The notes under the pieces were generated by a model. It was given only the letters and a program-made list of their open reading frames with translations, was not told where the DNA came from and did no database searches. Positions 34,032 through 44,852 of a stretch of 44,852 nucleotides of DNA are shown piece by piece. Each line of letters starts with the position of its first letter. Position 1 is the stretch's first letter. The stretch is from Macrostomum lignano. Lineage: Eukaryota. A program made the position numbers and the translations under genes. The DNA is taken from contig NIVC01002148.1 in assembly GCA_002269645.1 (NCBI GenBank), positions 1-44,852 on the forward strand. Direction: 5' to 3'.

Positions 34032-36085
34032 TTCAGCCTAAGGCCACTAATATATAAGCCAGTTAATTTGTGTGTTAAACGGTGTCTTGGTCCTCAGTGA
34101 CCTCGGAAGCAAATATTTCATGCCCTCGGTGGTCGACTCAGAGTTCTAGGGCAGATTCGAGCAGATTTGAACTTTGAGATTTGAACCCTGACAATCGGAG
34201 CTTTTCTCCGCGAATTACCGCAGTAGTAGCAGCAAACTACCTACTCTTAGTACAACACCCAGCAAATTTAGTCTATTTTAAGTTCTCCATAGCGGCTACA
34301 TTTCTGTATTAGGCAATCTGAAAGACGGCAATCACTAGACCGCTCAGTCATGACCACAGCTACCCTAAGTAGGACGCCCCCCTGCAGTAGTCTGATTGGT
34401 TTCCCTGGCGCGCCCAATCGCAATGAAGAGACGCCCGCTGCCGCCCAGCTCTGATGAGATGGTGGCTCTTTCAAATGAAGTGACGCCTAGGAGAGAGAAA
34501 TGTAAGATGAAACGGAATCCTACGTTTTAACTGTAGGGTCATGGAAATAAGCTAGGAAGTAAATACCATTTCGAATTCGGTACACCGCTTTACCCATTAC
34601 AGTACATTATGACTACATGTAGTGCACATGGAAGTACATAAATGTACATCTAAAGTATATTATACACATTTAAATGTCTAACAGACACATGCACAGCTGT
34701 ACAACTACATTTAGATGCTTATGTAAAATACACGTACAATTCTTATAGATACTAAATGATTTGGCATGTAATGTGTATAATTTACACGAATTGCCATGTA
34801 TACTTGTTTAATTCGAAACGGTGAGAACCGCGCAGAACAAAGTTTTATTTATACGTACATGAATTTTTACATGTACATGTACATCATGTACAAGTACAGT
34901 TGTACTTCATAACTGTATATGAGACATGTACCTACCAGTACATGAAAATTGTGCACTCCTTTCATGTACAGTTTAAACTAGATTGTACAGTACGAGTTTT
35001 GGCAGGATTTTTACAGTATTCAGAGCAGACTGATTTGTGCTTTGCATGTGCTCTGCATGTACTTGTATGAGCTTCACATGATGGTGTGAGAGATACGTGA
35101 CGTACATGTAGAAATACTATAATTCGACTAATACATGTACAATCAGAGCAGAATTGCTCAAGTTCTGCACTAACTTCCGCCGTATGTCAGTATTTGTATT
35201 AAGTAATGACATATATCTCCATCATATACATGTACCTAATTATCCCCTAAGATAATAAATTAAATCAATACTTTCTAATCATAAATGTGTACCTAGCTAG
35301 CTTCAATATCAAGTTCGCACATAAAAATTAAATGAAAGTAGCCGATTAATGCAAATGACAGAAAGTTGCATGTAGCTACATGTACAGGTAGGTTCTCGCG
35401 TCTCTATTGAAAAGAAAAGATTGGAGAGAGAACTGGTACATCTACATGGAGAAAAAAGCATGTGACGACACTTCCAGTCAGCAGAAGGCAGGCCTAAATG
35501 CTGTTTACTCGTCGCTCATTGGCTGGGCTCCAGCCCCATTCTTCACTCTCGAAGCCAACCCAACCCCACTCCGTCACCCCCTCTTACCCCAGACAGCAGT
35601 TGGGCACGCGTGTGTCGGTGGCACCCCCTCCCCAGTGTACACACGAGTAAACAGCAGCCTACAGCTGCAACCCCCCTTCTGTGCCAGCACCACCAGACAG
35701 AGAACTTAAAAAGCTAGCCTGGCTACATGTTCCCAGCTAAGCGACCTAAAGCCCCGATTGAATCGCAGTTAAAAGCAACAGCTTATAGCTACTTCAAATC
35801 CCTTTCAAGAAATTCATTCGAAAGTCATTAAACAGTCTCCGATCACGTCTGATCGTCTTTAACAGTGCCTAAAATGTAAGTGCAAATATGGCTGCATATC
35901 TATTAAATGTTATTTTATCTCTGGCTCTGTGAATCTTTCAGAAGCAGTCCTGTAGCAAGATTAATTTTCACGTGACATACACATATTATAGGAGACTTTA
36001 GGGACCGCTATTTTATTTTGACGGGTTGCCATTTTTTGAATTGGTGCCATTTTTATATGAAAGGGTGCCATCTGCCATGTCATTT

Positions 36086-36300
36086 GAAGGGGTGCCATTT
36101 TATTTAAAGGGGTCATTGGGGTGTCATTTCATTTGAAGGGGTGCCATTTTATTTAAAGGGGTCATTGGGGTGTCATTTCATTTGAAGGGGTGCCATTTTA
36201 TTTAAAGGGGTCATTGGGGTGTCATTTCATTTGAAGGGGTGCCATTTTATTTAATGGGGTCATTGGGGTGTCATTTCATTTGAAGGGGTGCCATTTTATT
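36086..36300. repeat. 49-bp tandem repeat, about 4.4 copies
   Basis: Units start at 36086, 36135, 36184, 36233 and 36282. Confidence 0.92.
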
Positions 36301-36429
36301 TTAGTCAGAACCATTTCACTCGAGTGGGTATCAATTTATTTGAGTCGAGTGAGCTTGCTGTCGCTTTCACACGTTTCACATTGCATCCACACAGAATCGA
36401 ACTCCGGACCCTTATAAAATAATTCTCCA

Positions 36430-39400
36430 ATGTCATCATCTGGTAGGCGCCGCAAGACCAGCAATCCGCAGCGCCTGACGGCCGCTCCAATTAGCTCCGC
36501 CTCAGGCGACCCCACTGTGCCCGAACTTGTTGCTGCACCAGACGGTGCGGCAGTTGTCTCACCTCGCGATGCTCCAGGCTCGCCAGTCCCGCAGCATCAG
36601 CTGCTGTCCTGCCGACTCGGACTCATGGTCGCCGATCTCAGCCGCCTGACGGCCGACCTGGCGCTGTCAACGTCGCAAAATTCAACGACAGCGGCGGCGG
36701 CAGCTTCGGCTGCATTGGCGTTGGAATTCCTCACCAGCGCGCACACGCAGCTGCTTGGAGGTGTCGGCTGCTGCCTGCGACAATTCCCGGATGCGCAAGC
36801 TGAGCCGCCGCATCTGGCGGTCCTGAAGCATCCAGCAGCGACTGCAGGCGTCACGCTGCTGAAGTCGCAAGCTGAAATCGCGCTGCCAAATTCGAGGAAT
36901 TCCGATCAAGAAAAGCCAGCCAACCAAACCGGCAGAGCAGCTCCAGGCCAGCCGCCCGTCACTGCAGAAGCAGCTTCTCGGGCCCGGGTTAGGTGCGGGA
37001 AACAGCTGAGCGAGCCGGACAAAGTAGATCCAAATTTTCGACCGTGGGTGTCCGAGGATGGGGTAAGTGTTGAGCATTCGATCGCATGATGCGATGATTG
37101 CTCGAGTGCGACCTTCCAATGTAATCAGTTAACTATCCCTCAACCATCCGCCCCTCAACTATCCGCCCTCAACCACCTGCCCTTTAACCATCCGCCCTTC
37201 AACCATCCGCCCCTCAACCATCCGCCCCTTAATCATCCACCCGTCAACCATCCGCCCCTTAATCATCCACCCGTCAACCATCCGCCCCTTAATCATCCGC
37301 CCCTCTACCATCTGCCTCTTAGCTCGTAATCATCCGCCCCTTAATCACTCCGCCCGTCAACCATCCGCCCCTCAACCATCCGCCCCTTAACCATCCGCCC
37401 CTTAACCATCCGCCCCTTAATCACTCCGCCCCTTAACCATCCGCCCCTCAACCATCCGCCCGTCAACCATCCGCCCCTTAACCATCCGCCCCTTAACCAT
37501 CCGCCCCTTAACCATCCGCCCCTTAATCACTCCGCCCCTAACCATCCGCCCCTCAAGCATCCGCCCTTTAAACATCCGCCTCTTAACCATCCGCCCCTTA
37601 ACCATCCGCCCCTTAATCACTCCGCCCCTCAACCATCCGCCCCTCAACCATCCGCCCTTTAAACATCCGCCCTTTAAACATCCGCCTCTTAACCATCCGC
37701 CCCTCAACCATCCGCCCCTCAACCATCCTCCCCTCAACCATCCGCCCCTCAACCATCCGCCCGTCAACCATCCGCCCCTTAATCATCCGCCCCTTAATCA
37801 TCCGCCCGTCAACCATCCGCCCCTTAATCATCCGCCCCTCTACATCTGCCTCTTAGCTCGCAATCATCCGCCCCTTAATTACTCCGCCCCTTAACCATCC
37901 GCCCTCAACCATCCGCCCCTCAACCATCCGCCCCTTAACCATCCGCCCCTTAATCACTCCGCCCCTCAACCATCCGCCCCTCAAGCGCAGTGTCACCCTG
38001 TCCGCCAAGCACCCGTCAGTCACCCTGACAATCGAGGCGCACCAGCGTTTGCTCTGGTCCGCTCACGGCGTAGCAACTCTGCATCTTCGAGGCCTGTTGA
38101 AGCACTTCTTCAGCCGTGAGGTGCTGGCTGAGTCCTCAGTCACTGGCGTCGGTGCGTACAAACGGCAGCTGGACAAAGACATCGTCTTGGGCATTTTCGG
38201 TACGTTTTTCATACTGAAGTCCAGAAATGTAATAGATACGTACCTGAAATCATGCCTTATTGGCTAGGCCAAAGGGGTTCCAACCCGAAGGGTTCCAACC
38301 CGAAGGGTTCCAACCCGAAGGGTTCCAACCCGAAGGGTTCCAACCCGAAGGGTTCCAACCCGAAGGGTTCCAACCCGAAGGGTTCCAACCCGAAGGGTTC
38401 CAACCCGAAGGGTTCCAACCCGAAGGGTTCCAACCCGAAGGGTTCCAACCCGAAGGGTTCCAACCCGAAGGGTTCCAACCCGAAGGGTTCCAACCCGAAG
38501 GGTTCCAACCCGAAGGGTTCCAACCCGAAGGGTTCCAACCCGAAGGGTTCCAACCCGAAGGGTTCCAACCCGAAGGGTTCCAACCCGAAGGGTTCCAACC
38601 CGAAGGGTTCCAACCCGAAGGGTTCCAACCCGAAGGGTTCCAACCCGAAGGGTTCCAACCCGAAGGGTTCCAACCCGAAGGGTTCCAACCCGAAGGGTTC
38701 CAACCCGAAGGGTTCCAACCCGAAGGGTTCCAACCCGAAGGGTTCCAACCCGAAGGGTTCCAACCCGAAGGGTTCCAACCCGAAGGGTTCCAACCCGAAG
38801 GGTTCCAACCCGAAGGGTTCCAACCCGAAGGGTTCCAACCCGAAGGGTTCCAACCCGAAGGGTTCCAACCCGAAGGGTTCCAACCCGAAGGGTTCCAACC
38901 CGAAGGGTTCCAACCCGAAGGGTTCCAACCCGAAGGGTTCCAACCCGAAGGGTTCCAACCCGAAGGGTTCCAACCCGAAGGGTTCCAACCCGAAGGGTTC
39001 CAACCCGAAGGGTTCCAACCCGAAGGGTTCCAACCCGAAGGGTTCCAACCCGAAGGGTTCCAACCCGAAGGGTTCCAACCCGAAGGGTTCCAACCCGAAG
39101 GGTTCCAACCCGAAGGGTTCCAACCCGAAGGGTTCCAACCCGAAGGGTTCCAACCCGAAGGGTTCCAACCCGAAGGGTTCCAACCCGAAGGGTTCCAACC
39201 CGAAGGGTTCCAACCCGAAGGGTTCCAACCCGAAGGGTTCCAACCCGAAGGGTTCCAACCCGAAGGGTTCCAACCCGAAGGGTTCCAACCCGAAGGGTTC
39301 CAACCCGAAGGGTTCCAACCCGAAGGGTTCCAACCCGAAGGGTTCCAACCCGAAGGGTTCCAACCCGAAGGGTTCCAACCCGAAGGGTTCCAACCCGAAG

Positions 39401-40197
39401 GGTTCCAACCCGAAGGGTTCCAACCCGAAGGGTTCCAACCCGAAGGGTTCCAACCCGAAGGGTTCCAACCCGAAGGGTTCCAACCCGAAGGGTTCCAACC
39501 CGAAGGGTTCCAACCCGAAGGGTTCCAACCCGAAGGGTTCCAACCCGAAGGGTTCCAACCCGAAGGGTTCCAACCCGAAGGGTTCCAACCCGAAGGGTTC
39601 CAACCCGAAGGGTTCCAACCCGAAGGGTTCCAACCCGAAGGGTTCCAACCCGAAGGGTTCCAACCCGAAGGGTTCCAACCCGAAGGGTTCCAACCCGAAG
39701 GGTTCCAACCCGAAGGGTTCCAACCCGAAGGGTTCCAACCCGAAGGGTTCCAACCCGAAGGGTTCCAACCCGAAGGGTTCCAACCCGAAGGGTTCCAACC
39801 CGAAGGGTTCCAACCCGAAGGGTTCCAACCCGAAGGGTTCCAACCCGAAGGGTTCCAACCCGAAGGGTTCCAACCCGAAGGGTTCCAACCGAAATATGTT
39901 TGACTGATACGCTAGCGTCGAATCGAACATGATATACATGTACGCTGATATACATGTCAGATTCAAATCTGGGAAACTGAAACATTCATTAAAACAAAAA
40001 TAAAATTCACAGACTACATCGGCAATCGGTATCCTGGGGCTATGACCGAATCTCGAATGCGCCTGTGCTGCACTGACGTCTGCGTTCAGGCGCGACGCCG
40101 TAGACGAAGCCGCGACGTTATCATGGTCGCCTCTGGAGACGACGATGCGAGGGTCGGCGATGCACAGCTCGGTGACGGCGACGACTCATCGTGTTGA
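36430..40197 (+). CDS. Predicted 3-exon BEN-domain protein, 343 aa
   Basis: Exons 36430-37062 (phase 0, donor GTAAGT), 37986-38199 (phase 1, donor GTACGT), 40013-40197 (acceptor TTCACAG). The spliced product reads LRGLLKHFFSREVLAESSVTG...KRQLDKDIVLGIF-DYIGNRYP...MRLCCTDVCVQARR, a continuous BEN-like pattern; possible coiled coil in exon 1. Confidence 0.75.
37130..37985. repeat. 15-16-bp C-rich minisatellite (AACCATCCGCCCCT[T/C]) filling BEN intron 1
   Basis: Direct reading; a variant block (...CTCTACCATCTGCCTCTTAGCTCG...) recurs at about 37300 and about 37840. Confidence 0.95.
38274..39890. repeat. Perfect 15-bp minisatellite (CCAACCCGAAGGGTT), about 107-108 copies, filling BEN intron 2
   Basis: Four units per 60-nt line with no variant seen; 107 pentapeptide repeats in the ORF track. 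Confidence 0.98.
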
Positions 40198-41665
40198 TCA
40201 AGGATGCCATGACAGTGTTTGAGCAACTGCATTTTATAGCTTTGTTATTCTGGTTCGATTAGCTTGCATGCACATGTTCAGTATCTATTATACGAGCTCG
40301 TACGCTCGTATGTACTTTAATTCCCAGCTACATGTAAGTGTATATGTACATCTACATGCGCTAAGTTTGTTTCTTGACGAATAAAATTAGCGGTTGAAAA
40401 AATTTCTCATGAATTTCTATTCAACTTTGAATGGCTTTAGCTTACATGTATGTACATGACATGTATATGAAAATTTAGAGATCGTATATGTACTACCTAT
40501 GCATGTACATATGTGAAAATAAACTATTATAGCTGTATAACATGATCAAGTTTTAATTGCATGTACATGTAAATGTCATAATTTAATCAGAAGGTATGCA
40601 CATTCACAAGGGTGCTTTCATAGTTCGAACTACTGTAGTTTTTGCTATCGTGAAATTTTGACGTTTGGGAAGTTTCGACCTTTAAAATTTCGACCTTGTA
40701 AAAGTGCATGCTGCTATTTGAATTCTCGATGTGAGATTTCGACCTTGTCAATTTTCGCGTTTGTGAACCCCCTCTCCTGTACAGCGCGTGAGCGACTGCA
40801 CGATTTAGATGTGTATGTATACTGTACACATTAGAGATATGTATGCATGTAAGCTACTAAGTTTAGTTGTGTATAGAGAACAACTTTTGTATGTTTCTCA
40901 CAATACTCTAGAATACACTTATCACCTGAGTATGCATATGAAAATAGCTCCATGACATGAGTAGCTCACAGAACAAAATTGGTGGCATCTACAAATTGGT
41001 CCCAGTGGATAAAGTTTTTTGTACGTTGTGATATGGCTAAATGAATGAGTGTAAAGGTTCGTTTTTTTGTTTAGATAATTCAATTTTCCTTGTGGTAAAG
41101 ATGCTCTTGTAAGTAGAACAGAGTGCCTGTGCCTTTTATTTATATGGGGGTAATGAGGTAAATAACATTCTATAATTCGGGATGTTCGGAAACTGCTTTT
41201 TAGAATAAGCGCGCGGATTTAAAAAACGGATCAGTTTAAAAAGTTCAAAGAAAGTTAAACGTTTAAGAGTTGGTGTTTAAAAAACGTTTAAAAATCTACA
41301 GATTCGTATTGTCCAAACAGGCTGTTCATTCTGAGCCACTATTACTAGCTACTACTAAAAAACGGCGGATCTTGACTTCACGATTTAACATGATTATTGA
41401 ATTCCATGCGTAAGCGCCAAGCCCAGTTAAATTACCCGGAAATTTTTAGAAGCCCCAAACCCCCAACGAGCTAGCTACATATGACAGATGAGATTGAGAT
41501 TTGTATTTAGGATGTTCTAGGTAGTAGGCCTATTAGTAAGCTAAAAGAAATTTTTATTATTAGGTCTCTTTATATGACTGATATTGTATATGTATAAATT
41601 ATTATACTATGTGGGAATGGAAAGTAGCCTTTTTTGTTGGTCCTACAATTCTAACAGTATCTAGA

Positions 41666-42334
41666 CAGTGGTGGTCATGGATCCAGGATTTTTAAACTAA
41701 GGTGGGGGACAGATTGGCCTAAATTTTGGGTTGGCCCAAAATAAGCCCAAATTACAATACATCCCTAAGATGGTGTAGGACCAAGACTGCCACACACCAA
41801 GACCGCCACACTTGGGGGAGCTAGGAGGGAGGAATTTGGCTCGCCATGTTATTGGATGGTGCTGAGAAGGGGTGAGATGGGGAGAGCCAGCAAGACAAAG
41901 CCACGAGAGAGGAACTGGTGAGCAGGCCAGCCTGGCCAGGTAGGTGGTGAGCCAGGCTCCTTGTTTTTTTCATTTAATTTGAATTGTTAAAATTGCCCTG
42001 GTTGACTTGCAATCATTTTGGGCCACTTATTCATCTTATTAGTGACCAATCTTGGGACACTTCCTCCTCATCTAACTTCACAACCCATCAACCAATAGCA
42101 ATGCTGTTAAGATTGGTAGCTTCCCCTCAATTCCAATAGTCAGTAAGAGCTGTGGCGGTCTTGGTATGTGGCGGTCTTGGTCATGCGCCCCCTAAGATCC
42201 CTTATAGGCCTAAGCAAATCTAGCCTTGCTAATTGGCAAAAAAGGCAAGGCAGTTAGTTCCCTAGGGCTTAGTGCCCCCCTACTCATAGTACTCACAACT
42301 CATCCCCTGGCCCTGGTCCCTGGATCTATCACTA
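41666..42334. mobile_element. Degenerate hAT-like MITE (host of a nested MITE)
   Basis: Ends CAGTGGTGGTCATGGATCCAGG / CCTGGATCTATCACTA resemble CAGTGGCGGATCCAGG-type TIRs; TSD not convincing. Confidence 0.45.
41772..42189. mobile_element. Mutator-like MITE, 418 bp
   Basis: TIRs of about 40 bp (GG.G.A.GACCAAGAC[T/C]GCCACA.ACCAAGACCGCCACA); exact 9-bp TSD CCCTAAGAT at 41763-41771 and 42190-42198. Confidence 0.85.
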
Positions 42335-43568
42335 TATTCTAATATAATAGTATAAGCCTAGGACCTATACAAATATTAAATGGTTTTATTGGTGATCCTT
42401 TTATTGGTGAGCTAGGCTAATATAAGCCTAATAAGACAGCAATTCATTATCTATAAGGCCTAAGCCTACTAGGCCTACACTATAGTCTAATATAGTCATT
42501 GACTTATTTAGTTATTTAATAGGCTAGAGCATATTAAATTTAATATTCATTATTAGCAACCTTTAAATAATAGAATTTAAGAACGTTTTTAAATAATATA
42601 GTGGTCCCAAGGCTTGATAACTTATTTTTTTATTATATTTTGCAGACTTGTTTGAAGTTGCTAGGCCTACTATTAGATCCAAGTTTTTTTCATTTTTGAT
42701 TATATTTTAGTTTTTTAAATTTTAATAAATAAAGTATAGGACTAAGCCTTTGTTTTAATAGATAATGTTTGACACTTTAAAGATTAAGCCTAATGTTAAA
42801 GCAAATGGAAGCTTTGTAGAGATGGCAGAGTTGCCAATAAATGTTTTACTTTTAAAGTTAAAATTTATAAATGTATTGCTATTAATATTAATATACGATT
42901 TTATCTTTTTTATTCTAAGAAACCATTTATATATTAAAGAATAGGCCATATGTATATAATTCAAACAATTAGGATTATAGGAGTGAATTCAATATAGCTA
43001 AAATAATCATATTAACAAAGCAAGAAAAAAGATCTAGATGTTTGCAAGAAAAAGGTAGGGAGCAAGCTTGGTTTAATAAGTTGGCCCAATGGAAACACTT
43101 TTTAAAGGAACTGCTAATAAATCAGTTTATCTACTAAGCAGATGAGTGTTAGTAGTAGACAATATCAATAAAAACTAAATATTGTACATTGTGAAGGTAT
43201 TTTGAAAGTAGTATCATTTGGTATGCCTCTAGGCCAGGTTGCAAACAAAGGCCATACTGCCAACCAAATCTTGGGTGCAGACCTTTTGTGGCAGAACTGT
43301 ATTATTATTATTATTATTACTATATTATTGTTATTGTATTACAAGTATAACCAGTGCTATGGTATATTATAGTAACTATAGTAGACTCTCAAGCATGTCT
43401 TTGAGGATCAGCTAGACTTAACACTTCAGCACACTGGCTAGCACAATGAAATTAATGAATTCTGAATGCCATTTTCTAGGCATTTTGGTTGCTAACTTAT
43501 AGGGTGATTATTAGATTGCACTTTTCTTGTGCCTCGAGTTTCTTGTTTTCATTTTGTCGACTAATAAG

Positions 43569-44040
43569 ATGGCAGGGAATTAAGCAATCGAATACAAGCC
43601 ATAGTTGCTCAGGCTGATTACCTGTTAAATCTCACATTGCCACCGCAGGCCTTGCAGCTTGAGACATTTCCAGCCAATTTCGCCCTGATCGGGCAGCAGT
43701 TCACGCAGGCATTCTATGCCACACTGCAGACCAACAGGGAGCAGCTGGTCAATTTCTATTACGACCAGGCCATGCTGACATACGAGGGCGCCCAGCTAAT
43801 GGGCAAGGCTGCCATCATGACTAAGTATCGATCGCTGGGCTTCCAGCACATCAGCACGGCGATCACCAATGCCGACTATCAGCCGTTGAACGGGGCGTCC
43901 TGATCGCTGTCAACGGGCAGCTTCGAGTTGACGATGCCACGCAGCCGCTGCCCTTTACTGAAACTTTCCTACTGCGCAGCTTCGGCCAGAGTTTCGCCAT
44001 TGTTAATCACATCTTTCGGCTGGGCGTGCACAACTATTGA
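43569..44040 (+). CDS. NTF2: Nuclear transport factor 2 homolog with a 1-bp frameshift near 43895 (pseudogene or sequencing error)
   Basis: IGQQFTQAFYATLQTNREQL..FY...AMLTYEG.Q.MGK.AI..K..SL.FQ.I...IT..DYQP; adding one G to the run at 43892-43895 continues VLIAVNGQLRVDD...FTETFLLR....FAIVNHIFRLGVHNY*. Start inferred via a 77-nt GC-AG intron (43572-43648). Confidence 0.88.
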
Positions 44041-44789
44041 GCAACTCGATCATTTCGCAACACAAAATCTAATCCGTTTTCACAGATACTAGAATGACCG
44101 GATGGGCCACTCAGCACATTTGCGTGTGAACTACTTTCAGTTCAGTAGTAAGTTAAACAGTAGCATTTTAATGCATTTTTAAAGCCAAGGCTCGTTTATT
44201 GACTCTTCCACCCAGCTGAAACCTCCAACCGCCCCCGCCCCACCCCAATTTTTTTGCCTTATCGGAATTCCAGCCTATATCTGCCATGTACATTTCACTG
44301 GACTGGCCAATTTACATTAAGGCTGAACCAATTAGCAAAGCTGTTTACGCCTGCAAGCTTTGGGGTTCTAAACTTATCAAAGTCATTTCAGCTGCCTTTA
44401 TTTTTATAAAATAGCTTATGCACTCTTCTTTGCTACTGAACTGAAAGTAGAAAGCTGTTTACTAAGTATATTTGCCTGAGTGGCCCATCTAGTCATTCTA
44501 GTATCTGTGTCCGTTTCTTTACCTAGCAGCGCACGATGTTGAATTGTTTTCATTTTAGAGCTATTGTCTGAGTCCTCTATTGAATAATATGGTTTTAGTT
44601 ATTTGCTATAAGCAGGGGGCGGTGTGCACCCTAGCGCACTTTAAGCGACATTGTCACACAATCGGCGAGTTAGCGTTAGCGTAAATTTATTTATCGTTAA
44701 GCATGTACACTTCACTGTGCCTTAGGGGTGGTGGCCCTCAATGGCGTTAATTGCATGAGCAGAGCCAAGCCGAGATTCCAAATTCAGCC

Positions 44790-44852
44790 CCAAAATCAAT
44801 GCGACTGCACTTGGAATCGAGCCTGGGCCGCTGGCACATCTGACCACTGGGC
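44790..44852 (-). other. tRNA-derived (SINE-like) segment cut by the window end
   Basis: Minus strand GCCCAGTGG (A-box-like) ... GGCTCGATTCC (B-box-like) followed by AAGTG, as in the other tRNA-like cassettes here. Confidence 0.4.

Noticed and set aside
33537-34300. Possible solo LTR (TGTAA...CTACA)
   Set aside because: No matching TSD, PBS or second copy in the window.
34451-34520. CTGATGAG hammerhead-ribozyme-like start
   Set aside because: No stem II followed by GAAA and no pairing for stems I/III.
37417-37831. GGWLR / GRMVE repeat ORFs
   Set aside because: Minus-strand translations of the 15-bp intronic minisatellite.
38252-39985. Five 547-573-aa ORFs (GSNPK, LEPFG, PEGFQ, GTLRV repeats)
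   Set aside because: By-product of a stop-free 15-bp repeat; the array lies inside a predicted intron with in-frame exons on both sides.

Overview
Eukaryotic (metazoan, probably invertebrate) repeat-dense genomic DNA, not prokaryotic: spliceosomal GT-AG introns are needed to assemble most genes, and there is no CRISPR array or rRNA. From left to right: a decayed Ty3/Gypsy pol; a 4.7-kb non-autonomous Helitron-like element carrying a 52-bp satellite, a tRNA-like Pol III cassette and RFX X-box palindromes; a spliced RGG + CCHC gene fragment; an internally deleted mariner; an intact 2040-aa OTU-Rep-PIF1 (Helentron/Helitron2-type, no endonuclease) ORF with a 3-exon unknown gene just upstream; two more copies of the non-autonomous element, one interrupted by a complete 1.55-kb TRIM; a Crypton-type tyrosine recombinase whose catalytic Tyr sits on a separate exon, plus a truncated paralog and two large inverted repeats sharing one core; a 3-exon BEN-domain gene whose introns are filled by 15-bp minisatellites; nested MITEs; and an NTF2 homolog with a 1-bp frameshift. 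All domain calls come from motif recognition by eye and all splice models from reading the sequence. No searches were run.
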